A stretch of DNA of 37,399 bases from the NCBI GenBank assembly GCA_036277435.1, contig DASUMY010000055.1, positions 1-37,399 of the forward strand. The letters are read 5' to 3'. The notes below the pieces were generated by a model that saw only the letters and a list, made by a program, of their open reading frames with translations, did not search any database and was not told the origin of the DNA. Each line of letters begins with the position of its first letter. Position 1 is the stretch's first letter. The DNA is from Sulfuricurvum sp. (lineage in GTDB: Bacteria > Campylobacterota > Campylobacteria > Campylobacterales > Sulfurimonadaceae). Below are positions 1-8,605 of this stretch, in pieces. Made by a program: the position numbers and the translations under genes.

Positions 1-1
1 G

Positions 2-718
2 CTTCTGTATTACAAAGGCTCGTTAGAGCTCCTTATGCGTCCGAAGGTCTCTATTGTGGGAACAAGGCGGCCAAATCCCTACACCCGTGCTATGACACTG
101 GAACTGTCCAAAAAACTCTCTTCCGCCGGTATGGTCATTGTAAGCGGTGCGGCATTGGGCGTGGATGCCATTGCCCATGAAGGTGCAGGTGCTTCAAATA
201 CGATTGCAGTACTCCCAAGTGGGATAGATATCCGTTACCCTGCTGTAAATGGTTCGTTGATTCAATCGATAGAAAAAAATGGATTAACCCTTAGCCCTTT
301 TGAACCCCATTTTACGGCCAGAGAGTGGAGCTTTGTGGTGCGTAATGAGATCGTCGTTGCCTTAGGAGAAACATTAATTGTCACCGAAGCTGATATTGGA
401 AGCGGCAGTATGCGTTCTGTCGAGTATGCTCTGGAAATGGGAAAACAAATCTATGTTCTGCCGCATCGTTTACGGGAAAGCAGCGCTACGCGGCTTCTGT
501 TATCCCAAGGAAAAGCGATAGCAATTGAGGATATAGATCATTTTGTTTCCAAAATCAGCCAATCGTGTATGAATGCCGTATCAGACACCCCATTTTTAGC
601 CTTTTGCCGCACGATGCCGACATATGAAGAGGCTCTGATGCGATTTCCGATTGATGTTTTTGAAGCAGAACTGGGAGGGGTGATTGAGGTGCGAAACGGA
701 CGAGTGAATGTCGTATAA
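2..718 (+). CDS. dprA: DNA-processing protein DprA (5'-truncated by window)
   Basis: Motifs SIVGTR, VSGAALGVDAIAH, RNEIV, EA..GSGS. The frame is open upstream of the ATG at 35 (LLYYKGSLELLMRPKV), so the true start lies before the window. Confidence 0.93.
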   Translation, partial: LLYYKGSLELLMRPKVSIVGTRRPNPYTRAMTLELSKKLSSAGMVIVSGAALGVDAIAHEGAGASNTIAVLPSGIDIRYPAVNGSLIQSIEKNGLTLSPFEPHFTAREWSFVVRNEIVVALGETLIVTEADIGSGSMRSVEYALEMGKQIYVLPHRLRESSATRLLLSQGKAIAIEDIDHFVSKISQSCMNAVSDTPFLAFCRTMPTYEEALMRFPIDVFEAELGGVIEVRNGRVNVV

Positions 719-779
719 AAAGAAGATTGGTTGGGCGTAAATCCCGAAGAATAAATTCCCAGAGATTGACTACAGGAGG

Positions 780-1103
780 TTAATGTCCTGCAGCTGAAGA
801 TTCATATCCGTAATGTTTTACGAGATAATTGATAATGATTTGCTGATCCTCTTTCGGAATCGGAGCTTTGAACTCATTGACCATCTTGGCAACGGTACCG
901 GTCCAGTACGGGCGGCTTTTTTTCCCCTGATTCAAAACATAGCCAAACGAGTGACAGATGAGGCAGTACTGCTGCGTCACTTCATCGTGGTCACCTTTTT
1001 CGATCGGATAATCGACGTAAGGCATTTCTATCGGCTTGCTTACTTGGGCAAAAAGAGTTGTGGCTGACACTAACAGTCCGGCAATCAGTAATTTTGTTTT
1101 CAT
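780..1103 (-). CDS. sorB: Monoheme cytochrome c, SorB-like subunit of sulfite:cytochrome c oxidoreductase
   Basis: Sec signal peptide, CLICH heme motif, distal Met in W...V.KM...F.AP. AAGGA SD precedes TTG 1106 / ATG 1103. Directly downstream of sorA. Confidence 0.82.
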   Translation of the reverse strand: MKTKLLIAGLLVSATTLFAQVSKPIEMPYVDYPIEKGDHDEVTQQYCLICHSFGYVLNQGKKSRPYWTGTVAKMVNEFKAPIPKEDQQIIINYLVKHYGYESSAAGH

Positions 1104-1112
1104 CAATGGTCC

Positions 1113-2336
1113 TTACACGATTTTGACGTTGACACTGTCAACAGCATTGTATTGGTATCCGCCTGCGTTCCAACCGATTTCATCGACTTGCGGTTGAATG
1201 TTGCCGATACGATTGATGGCGCGGACCATGATGATATATTCCCCTTTTGCCTTTGGTTCCCAGCTATAGGTCCATTGACGGTAGGCATAGCGTCCATAAT
1301 CTTTTTGTAAAGCCGTAGCACTCCAGCTTTTTCCTCCGTCAACGGAGATCATGACTTCTTTGATCCCCTTGCCTTGGTCGAAAGCGACACCCGTCACCTG
1401 AACACGAGATCCTTTTTTAATGACGGTATTGGGAGTAGGATAGCCGATGACCGATTTAACTTTCATCACAGCGATCGGTTTTCGTTTGTACTCAAAATCG
1501 CTTCCGGAGATGACACATTCGCAGTCATTGTCGGGAACGGTATAGGCAACATCCATAAAAAAACTTTTTTGGTATTCATCGAAAACGGTAATTTCAGAGA
1601 GCATTTTTACCCAGCTGTCTGAAAAGTGGCCAGGGATGACCAGCTTGAGAGGAAATCCGTTAAGATAAGGGATATCCGCTCCGTTCATGGAATAGGCAAC
1701 GATAATGTCGCCGCTGAGCGCCTCATCGATAGACATTTCGCGGAAAAATTTAGGGGTTTCATCGACCGCCGGTTTTTCTAAACCATTGACTCCGACATAT
1801 TTTGCAGAGCCTTTAACGCCAGCCATATGCAGGATGTCTTTTAATCGGGCACCTTTCCATACGGCACACCCCATCGCACCATGACCCCATTGTACGCCAT
1901 GGGTCGCCTGACCCGTTTGTTTGGCATAAAACTTTCGGCTGTTTCCACCGCATTGGAGAACCGAAGTGATTTCTACGGGCTCAAATTTTGATTTTAGATC
2001 ATCAACACTTAAGGATAACGGTGTCTCAAGACTCCCTTGTACATTCAGACGAAATTCGTTCAGATCGATATAGGTCGGGATATCCGGCATGTGCCAACGG
2101 ACAAAAAATTGATCATTAGGGGTAATTGCCTGCGTGTAAATGTCACGTGGTGATTCAAGAAGCGGAGGGCGGTCCGAAATCGTTTTAAGAGGCTTTTTTT
2201 CTGGAAACGCGATAATAGGAGGAACGTATTCCGCAGGTTGCGCAGCGACGCTTTTAACAGCTTCTTTAGCAAAAAGACTAGAAGCACCTAGGATGAGGCC
2301 AGCACCTAAAAAATTTCTTCGTGAAAATTGATCCAT
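1113..2336 (-). CDS. sorA: Sulfite oxidase-family molybdoenzyme (periplasmic sulfite dehydrogenase SorA)
   Basis: Tat signal SRRNFL; FFVRWH; Mo-ligand Cys in LQCGGNSR; NGFPLKLVIPG; SWVK; C-terminal dimerisation domain (VSVDGGKSW-like). Confidence 0.88.
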   Translation of the reverse strand: MDQFSRRNFLGAGLILGASSLFAKEAVKSVAAQPAEYVPPIIAFPEKKPLKTISDRPPLLESPRDIYTQAITPNDQFFVRWHMPDIPTYIDLNEFRLNVQGSLETPLSLSVDDLKSKFEPVEITSVLQCGGNSRKFYAKQTGQATHGVQWGHGAMGCAVWKGARLKDILHMAGVKGSAKYVGVNGLEKPAVDETPKFFREMSIDEALSGDIIVAYSMNGADIPYLNGFPLKLVIPGHFSDSWVKMLSEITVFDEYQKSFFMDVAYTVPDNDCECVISGSDFEYKRKPIAVMKVKSVIGYPTPNTVIKKGSRVQVTGVAFDQGKGIKEVMISVDGGKSWSATALQKDYGRYAYRQWTYSWEPKAKGEYIIMVRAINRIGNIQPQVDEIGWNAGGYQYNAVDSVNVKIV

Positions 2337-2350
2337 GGGGAGCGCCTTGT

Positions 2351-2372
2351 ATAAAATTGCACAATTTTATCA
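2351..2372 (-). promoter_or_regulatory. Putative sorAB extended -10 overlapped by a 20-bp palindrome
   Basis: Minus-strand TGATAAAAT at 2364-2372; ATAAAATTG-CA-CAATTTTAT at 2351-2370. Confidence 0.55.
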
Positions 2373-2386
2373 TATTTATAAGGGAT

Positions 2387-3412
2387 TTACAGGATTAACA
2401 TCGCATCTCCGTACGAAAAAAAGCGATATTTATGATCAATTGCTTCTTGATAGAGACGATGGGTTTCTTCCAGCCCCACGAAAGAGGCGACGAGCATCAG
2501 CAGCGTGGATTGGGGAAGGTGAAAATTGGTCAGCAGATGATTGACCCGCTGAGGCGGATTATGGGGATGGAGAAACAAATTGGCTTGACCTCTAGGCTCT
2601 TTCGTCCGGATTGTGTATTCTACCGTACGTGTCGATGTGGTTCCGATACACAGCAATGGGTGCGGTGAATCGATCAAGACGCGAGCATTATCGCTGATCT
2701 CAAAATATTCTGAGTGCATCGGATGATCGGTTATGGTCTCACATTCGACGGGTTTAAAGGTCCCTGATCCGACGTGCAACGTAACAAACGCATGGGGATG
2801 GCGGGCACAGACGGCGTCAAAAAGCTCATCGGTAAAATGCAAAGATGCCGTAGGGGCAGCGACGGCCCCTTCATGTGCGGCAAAGACACTTTGATACTCT
2901 CGTTCGTCCAGTGCCTCGTCTTCTCGCCCCAGATAGGGAGGAAGGGGAATATGCCCTATCGAGTCCAGAATCGGGAGAAGCTCTTCAAAGCGGATCATAT
3001 GGTGATTCTGATAGAAGTGCACTTCACGTGATCCATCTTCATGGAGGGTTGTGACTTCAGCACGTACGTTGTTATCAAAGAGGAGCTGAGTGCCGATTTT
3101 TACCCGTCCTTTAATGTAGACGTTGATCGAATAGGCATCTATAGGACGATTGATGAGCAGCTCAATGGCTCCGCCGCTCTCTTTTTTCCCATATAACCGG
3201 GCTTTGATCACTTTGGTATCGTTAAAGATGATAGCGCATTCTTTGGGCAAAAAATCATCCAAACGCTCAAAGCGGGTATGGATAATCGAACGATCATTGC
3301 GATTATAGACGAGAAGTTTGGCATGATCTCTGGGATTGACGGGATGAGTTGCTATGAGCTCATCGGGAAGATGGTACTCATAGCTTGAGGTTAACAGTGG
3401 ATCTTTAGTCAA
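2387..3412 (-). CDS. queA: S-adenosylmethionine:tRNA ribosyltransferase-isomerase QueA
   Basis: Y.Y.LP.ELIA, FNDTKVIKARL, GHIPLPPY, GAVAAPTASLHF, TNFHLPQSTL, YRFFSYGDAML. Probable start is TTG at 3412, overlapping the tatC stop. Confidence 0.96.
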   Translation of the reverse strand: MTKDPLLTSSYEYHLPDELIATHPVNPRDHAKLLVYNRNDRSIIHTRFERLDDFLPKECAIIFNDTKVIKARLYGKKESGGAIELLINRPIDAYSINVYIKGRVKIGTQLLFDNNVRAEVTTLHEDGSREVHFYQNHHMIRFEELLPILDSIGHIPLPPYLGREDEALDEREYQSVFAAHEGAVAAPTASLHFTDELFDAVCARHPHAFVTLHVGSGTFKPVECETITDHPMHSEYFEISDNARVLIDSPHPLLCIGTTSTRTVEYTIRTKEPRGQANLFLHPHNPPQRVNHLLTNFHLPQSTLLMLVASFVGLEETHRLYQEAIDHKYRFFSYGDAMLIL

Positions 3413-4187
3413 TCGTCTCTTCTTCATCTTCGGCAATGTACGGTTCTTCTTTGGGAGCAGGATTGACGGCACGTACGATCAGAATGGAAACACCGTACAA
3501 GAATACCAGCGGAAGGGCCATTAAGGTTTGGGTAATAACATCCGGCGGGGTTAAAATAGCCGCAATGATAAATATCAAGACAATCGCATAACGAAAAAAG
3601 TTAATCATGACACGATCGTCAATGAGCCCCAGAAGAGCCAGAAAATAACAAAAAACAGGAAGTTCGAACGCAAGTCCGAATCCAAACATGATTTTGGTGA
3701 AAAAGTCGACATAGTCCTCAATATTGATCATAGGGACAAATTCGGCACTACCAAACGCGATAAGATAGCTAAAACCAAAGGGGGTAACGACATAATAGGC
3801 GAATGCTCCTCCGATGAGAAACATGATCGTTCCCCCAAGAACCATAGGGAGCATCATCTTTTTTTCATTGGCATACAAACCCGGAGCAATGAAAAGCCAA
3901 ATTTGAGCCAATATAACCGGTAAAGATCCCAGAAGGGCAGCAAAAAAAGCAACTTTCATAGCAACAAAAAAGGTTCCGCCCAGTTGCGTCGTGGTCACCA
4001 TACCATTCGCCGCGTTAGGAGAATCTTTGGCAACCATATTGATAGCATCATTCAGTGGTTGAGTAATCCAGGATAAAAGCGGTTCATAAAAACTGAACGC
4101 GACAAAAAACAGGATAATAACGCTGGCGACACTGATGCCAAGACGCTTTCGGAGTTCTACTAAATGGGGACGCAAATCATCAAACAT
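3405..4187 (-). CDS. tatC: Twin-arginine translocase subunit TatC
   Basis: HLVELRKRL, FIAPGLY..EK, FELP, AILTPPD; multiple TM segments. Confidence 0.96.
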   Translation of the reverse strand: MFDDLRPHLVELRKRLGISVASVIILFFVAFSFYEPLLSWITQPLNDAINMVAKDSPNAANGMVTTTQLGGTFFVAMKVAFFAALLGSLPVILAQIWLFIAPGLYANEKKMMLPMVLGGTIMFLIGGAFAYYVVTPFGFSYLIAFGSAEFVPMINIEDYVDFFTKIMFGFGLAFELPVFCYFLALLGLIDDRVMINFFRYAIVLIFIIAAILTPPDVITQTLMALPLVFLYGVSILIVRAVNPAPKEEPYIAEDEEETID

Positions 4188-4588
4188 TATGCATCTCCTT
4201 CTGTTGCAGCTGTATTCCCTGATTTATTTTTGGGTACAAAGGTAATGACTTCGGGCTCTTTGGGAGCAGGAGGCATAGGGGGAGGGAGATCCAAATTAAG
4301 ATCATTTTTTATTCCGCCGATTTCACCACCGATTTCGGTTACGTTAACCATGCGCTCGAGCTCAGCGCTTGCATCGGTCAGCTCTTTTTTATAGTTTAGT
4401 GCACTCTCTTTGATGTCTGAGAGTTTCATCTCTTCTTCGAGTGTTGCACGTGCGCTGTTGACGCTTCCTTTAACGCTACGGAAAAATTTTGCGATTTCTA
4501 CCATAGTGGTAGGAAGTTTATCGGGTCCTAGAAAAAGGATCGCGATGATAATAATAACGAGGATTTCCCCAATGCCCATACCAAACAT
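4187..4588 (-). CDS. tatB: Twin-arginine translocase subunit TatB
   Basis: MFGMGIGEILVI...LGPDKLP N-terminus, amphipathic helix, immediately upstream of tatC. Confidence 0.93.
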   Translation of the reverse strand: MFGMGIGEILVIIIIAILFLGPDKLPTTMVEIAKFFRSVKGSVNSARATLEEEMKLSDIKESALNYKKELTDASAELERMVNVTEIGGEIGGIKNDLNLDLPPPMPPAPKEPEVITFVPKNKSGNTAATEGDA

Positions 4589-4641
4589 AAAAAGTGCCTA
4601 AAATTAAAATATAGTGTAACTGCGATTTTACCGAAAAAAGT

Positions 4642-5703
4642 TTAATAACCTTCTACTCGTAGGGCGATTTCATCCGCAAGAAGAAAATTAGAGTTTACAT
4701 AGCGTCCCTCTCGATATTCCAGGAGATTGTTTTCGACCAGTAGTTGTGCTTGGATGCGTTGGGGTACAGAGAGAATCGTTTCATCCACCCCCACGCAGCT
4801 GCGAAATCCTAAAAACAGTTTTTCACTGAGCAGAGCGGAATCTTCCAGCTCCTCTTCGTGTATTTCCAAAGGGTGGCTGATATAGTGTTCAATGTCGGTT
4901 GATGGATAAAAACGGGTACGATTCAAAAACCCAACGGCTCCTGCCCCCAGACCGATGTACGGTTTATGTTTCCAGTACCCTAGGTTGTGGCGCGATTTAT
5001 ATTTTCCGAAATTGGAAATTTCATAGTGTTCAAACCCTTGTGCGGTAATCGTATCAAAAAGCCACTGAGTCAGTTCCAGCTCTTCATTGGCCATTTCCGG
5101 CAATTGTTCAAATGCCGTATCCTCTTCGATAGTGAGAGCATAGAGGCTGATATGATCGATAGGAAGGGTAAATGCCTGTTCTATATCCGTTTTAAGCAGC
5201 GTTTTGGTGTCCCCTTTCACTCCGTAGATAAGATCGAGAGAGAGGTGCTTGAATCCGATTTGTGCGGCGGTTTGAATCGCTTCAATGGCATGCTGGGTGT
5301 TGTGGGCACGCCCCAGACGTTTGAGTTTATCGTCGTTAAAACTCTGCACTCCGAAACTGATCCGATTGACTCCCAGGGCATACATCCCTTTCAGCCACTC
5401 TGCGGTGGCACTGTTTGGATTGGCTTCGGACGTTATTTCTGCATTCGGCATCAAATAAGGAGAAATTTTTTCAAACAGGGGCTTATATAATAAGGGATCG
5501 ACGGTAGAGGGGGTTCCTCCTCCGATGAAAACCGTTTCGATTCGATTCTCTGCACTGACATGAAAACGTTTTAGTTCATATTCCAGTTGAATCGCCAGTG
5601 CATTCATATAGCGTTCACGCTGAGAAAACTTGTCAACATAAGAATTAAAAGCACAATAGGAACATTTACTGTCGCAAAAAGGGATATGAATATATAAAAG
5701 CAT
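4642..5703 (-). CDS. hemW: Radical SAM heme chaperone HemW (HemN-like)
   Basis: LYIHIPFCDSKCSYCAF (CxxxCxxC), GGGTPS, YEISNF, HNLGYW. Confidence 0.9.
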   Translation of the reverse strand: MLLYIHIPFCDSKCSYCAFNSYVDKFSQRERYMNALAIQLEYELKRFHVSAENRIETVFIGGGTPSTVDPLLYKPLFEKISPYLMPNAEITSEANPNSATAEWLKGMYALGVNRISFGVQSFNDDKLKRLGRAHNTQHAIEAIQTAAQIGFKHLSLDLIYGVKGDTKTLLKTDIEQAFTLPIDHISLYALTIEEDTAFEQLPEMANEELELTQWLFDTITAQGFEHYEISNFGKYKSRHNLGYWKHKPYIGLGAGAVGFLNRTRFYPSTDIEHYISHPLEIHEEELEDSALLSEKLFLGFRSCVGVDETILSVPQRIQAQLLVENNLLEYREGRYVNSNFLLADEIALRVEGY

Positions 5704-5762
5704 GGCGAATTATACTTTTTTTAATGGTGAATACCCTACAATAATACGAAAAAAGATAGCGA

Positions 5763-6233
5763 ATGAGTCAACAAAAGTTTTATCGGCCAAATGTCGCAGC
5801 CATTATTGTCTCGCATGAATATCCGGATGTAAAGCAGATTTTTATTGCGGAACGGAGTGATCTAGCGGGTGTTTGGCAATTTCCTCAAGGGGGGATCGAT
5901 GAGGGTGAAAACGCCGAAGAGGCCCTCTTTCGTGAACTGAAAGAGGAAATTGGGACGAAAAAAGTGGAAATCGTTGCGGAGTATCCGGACTGGATAACGT
6001 ATGATTTTCCTCCGCATGTTGCAGAGAAAATGGTTCCGTTTGCGGGACAGAAGCAGCGTTATTATTTGGTTCGACTCAAAAAAAATGCCATTATTGATTT
6101 GGATACGAAACATCCCGAGTTTGTCCAATATCGCTTTGTGGGCATCGAAGAACTGTTTGATCATATCGCCCATTTTAAGAAACCGGTTTACGAACTGGTT
6201 ATTTCACATTTTAGAGCCAAGGGGTATCTGTAA
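5763..6233 (+). CDS. rppH: RNA pyrophosphohydrolase RppH (Nudix)
   Basis: YRPNV, WQFPQGGID.GE....ALFRELKEEIG Nudix box, GQKQ, FKKPVY. Confidence 0.93.
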   Translation: MSQQKFYRPNVAAIIVSHEYPDVKQIFIAERSDLAGVWQFPQGGIDEGENAEEALFRELKEEIGTKKVEIVAEYPDWITYDFPPHVAEKMVPFAGQKQRYYLVRLKKNAIIDLDTKHPEFVQYRFVGIEELFDHIAHFKKPVYELVISHFRAKGYL

Positions 6234-7444
6234 TGCTTATCGTACAAAAATTTGGTGGAACCAGTGTTGGAGATTTGGAGCGGATCCAAAATGTTGCCAA
6301 CCGGGTTTCTCAAACCGTAAAAGAGGGTCATCAGGTCGTTGTTGTCGTATCCGCTATGAGCGGCGAAACCAATAAGCTAATCGCGTATGCGGAACATTAC
6401 ACTCCTGCGCCTGAGCGCAGCGAAGTGGATATGCTTCTTAGTTCGGGTGAGCGGGTAACTGCTGCGTTGCTCTCCATTGCGTTGAATGCGATGGGTCACC
6501 CGGCAGCTTCTATGAGCGGCCGCCGCGCAGGTATTGTGACGGACAGTGTCCATACGAAAGCACGTATTGAAATGATAGACCCATCGGCAATGCATGCAGA
6601 ATTGGAATCCGGAAAAGTGGTCGTAGTCGCAGGTTTCCAAGGGGTTTCCGAAAACGGTCACGTTACGACGCTGGGCCGCGGCGGTTCGGATTTATCAGCC
6701 GTTGCCCTTGCCGGAGCGTTGGAAGCTGATTTATGCGAGATTTATACGGATGTAGACGGTATCTATACGACAGATCCGCGTATCGAACCTAAAGCGCGCA
6801 AGATGGACCGTATCAGTTACGATGAGATGTTGGAATTGGCCTCATTGGGGGCTAAAGTTCTTCAAAACCGCTCGGTTGAATTGGCTAAAAAATTGAATGT
6901 TAACCTCGTAACCCGATCTAGCTTTACGACAGCAGAGGGAACACTAATTACAAAGGAAGAGAATATTATGGAAAAACCACTCGTTAGCGGTATTGCATTG
7001 GATAAAAATCAAGCGCGTGTTTCGTTGTCCGGCGTTATTGACCGTCCGGGAATTGCATCGGATATTTTTACCCGATTGGCAGACAACAGTGTGAACATTG
7101 ATATGATTATTCAAACGCTTGGGCATGACGGCAAAACAAATTTAGATTTTACCGTTCCTAAAACAGAATTGCTGGACGCTAAAAAAGTGGTTGAATACTT
7201 CATTGCCGAAGGTGAAATCAATGAAGCCAGTTATGATGAGTGTATTTGTAAAGTATCGATTGTCGGTGTCGGGATGAAATCTCATACCGGGGTAGCCGCA
7301 AAAGCATTCCAAACCATGGCGCGTGAAAATATTAATATTATGATGATTTCTACGTCTGAAATCAAAGTATCGATGGTTATCGATGAAAAGTATGCGGAAT
7401 TAGCAGTACGTTCATTGCACAGTGCTTATTCATTGGATCAATAA
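6233..7444 (+). CDS. lysC: Aspartate kinase
   Basis: VQKFGGTS, TTLGRGGSD, DVDGIYTTDPR, two ACT domains, STSEIK. Confidence 0.96.
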   Translation: MLIVQKFGGTSVGDLERIQNVANRVSQTVKEGHQVVVVVSAMSGETNKLIAYAEHYTPAPERSEVDMLLSSGERVTAALLSIALNAMGHPAASMSGRRAGIVTDSVHTKARIEMIDPSAMHAELESGKVVVVAGFQGVSENGHVTTLGRGGSDLSAVALAGALEADLCEIYTDVDGIYTTDPRIEPKARKMDRISYDEMLELASLGAKVLQNRSVELAKKLNVNLVTRSSFTTAEGTLITKEENIMEKPLVSGIALDKNQARVSLSGVIDRPGIASDIFTRLADNSVNIDMIIQTLGHDGKTNLDFTVPKTELLDAKKVVEYFIAEGEINEASYDECICKVSIVGVGMKSHTGVAAKAFQTMARENINIMMISTSEIKVSMVIDEKYAELAVRSLHSAYSLDQ

Positions 7445-7995
7445 TGCATCAATTTGACCGGTGGACCCTGGACGCGATTCGTGCCGAAGGGGCATCGATG
7501 AGCTGGTTCGAAGAACACCGGTTTGAATGGACTCCTCAGATGGCCAATGCGATGGATCAGATCATGCAGGGGCGGACGATTGTATTGGTGACCGACCACG
7601 AGCGGCGATGGTTTTCGCACTACGTGACGGAATCGATCAACAAGCGGCTCAAAGAGCGTCCTATGATCCCGATTATTTATTTAGACGGTTTGTATCCTCA
7701 TGTTGATCAGTTGGTTGACAGTGAGGGGATGGACACGCTAGGCGACATGCTGGATCTCTCTTTTAATGGAGAATATTTTTTTTGGTACATTGGCAAGGGC
7801 GGGGATGAACGGCGTGCCGATATTGTCAAACGAACCGATAATGCATTATTATGGATAATGGATGAAAACTATCCGAATGCATTGTTGTTACGATCCTATG
7901 ATCCGTTAATCGATATCAAGCTGTTACAGCTGTATCGTTTGTTTGACAAAACACTGGCTGCGGTATTATTCGGGGAGATTGATGTACACGCCTAA
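7444..7995 (+). CDS. hobA: DnaA-binding replication initiation regulator HobA
   Basis: SWFEEHRFEWTP, FWYIG, LLQLYRLF motifs; lysC-hobA-holB-folP order typical of Campylobacterota. Confidence 0.85.
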   Translation: MHQFDRWTLDAIRAEGASMSWFEEHRFEWTPQMANAMDQIMQGRTIVLVTDHERRWFSHYVTESINKRLKERPMIPIIYLDGLYPHVDQLVDSEGMDTLGDMLDLSFNGEYFFWYIGKGGDERRADIVKRTDNALLWIMDENYPNALLLRSYDPLIDIKLLQLYRLFDKTLAAVLFGEIDVHA

Positions 7996-8605
7996 TCGAG
8001 GCTCGATTCTTATCACCGAACGTTTTGAAGAGCGATCACTTGAGATTGAGAATGAATTGCTGCCGTTGAGGAGTGTCCGTTTTATCCGGGATGATTTTAA
8101 AATAGAGGATGCCAAAGAAGTCATTTCTGAAGCCTATAAGAGTGAAGAGCACACTAAAACATTGATATTGGGTGCGAAAAGTTTTACGATACCGGCGCAG
8201 AACGCATTGCTCAAAATTTTGGAAGAACCTCCGCCTAATATTGTTTTTTTACTCCTTGCCCCTAATAAAAGCACTTTCTTACCCACGGTCCGCTCACGCT
8301 TGTCTCTGAGCCAAGAACGAGAAGAAAAACAGTATGAGCCTCTTTCTCTCTCTTTGCGTACCTTGGATCTCTCTACGATGTTTAGCTGGATAAAAGAACA
8401 TGAAAAATCCAAGAAACATGAAGCCAAAGAAGTGATAGAACGTTTATTCCATCATGCCGTGCATACAGAACGTTTAGCCTTGACAACACGTCAGATTGAA
8501 GGGTTTGAAAAGGCATTCAAACTGATAGAAGTGAATGCCCGAATGCAAAGTGTATTGGTGATGCTGCTTATGAATTTTCTTAAAGAGAGCAAGCGTGTAC
8601 ATTGA
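7982..8605 (+). CDS. holB: DNA polymerase III delta' subunit (short Campylobacterota type)
   Basis: AQNALLKILEEPP and LPTVRSR. Start taken as ATG 7982, preceded by GGAG. Confidence 0.88.
   Translation: MYTPNRGSILITERFEERSLEIENELLPLRSVRFIRDDFKIEDAKEVISEAYKSEEHTKTLILGAKSFTIPAQNALLKILEEPPPNIVFLLLAPNKSTFLPTVRSRLSLSQEREEKQYEPLSLSLRTLDLSTMFSWIKEHEKSKKHEAKEVIERLFHHAVHTERLALTTRQIEGFEKAFKLIEVNARMQSVLVMLLMNFLKESKRVH

Noticed and set aside
719-779. Weak hairpin (GGG...CCC) between convergent dprA and sorB
   Set aside because: Stem too short to call a terminator confidently.
3413-3472. N-terminal extension of QueA in the ORF track
   Set aside because: Lies inside the tatC 3' end; QueA similarity begins at TTG 3412.
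4987-5490. 167-aa plus-strand ORF
   Set aside because: Antisense shadow of hemW with no motifs.
7943-7981. Longer holB start
   Set aside because: Deep overlap with hobA; ATG 7982 has a GGAG SD.
8341-8355. Short CT-rich run in holB and scattered A/T homopolymers as phase-variation tracts
   Set aside because: Too short, located in essential genes, and frames are intact.
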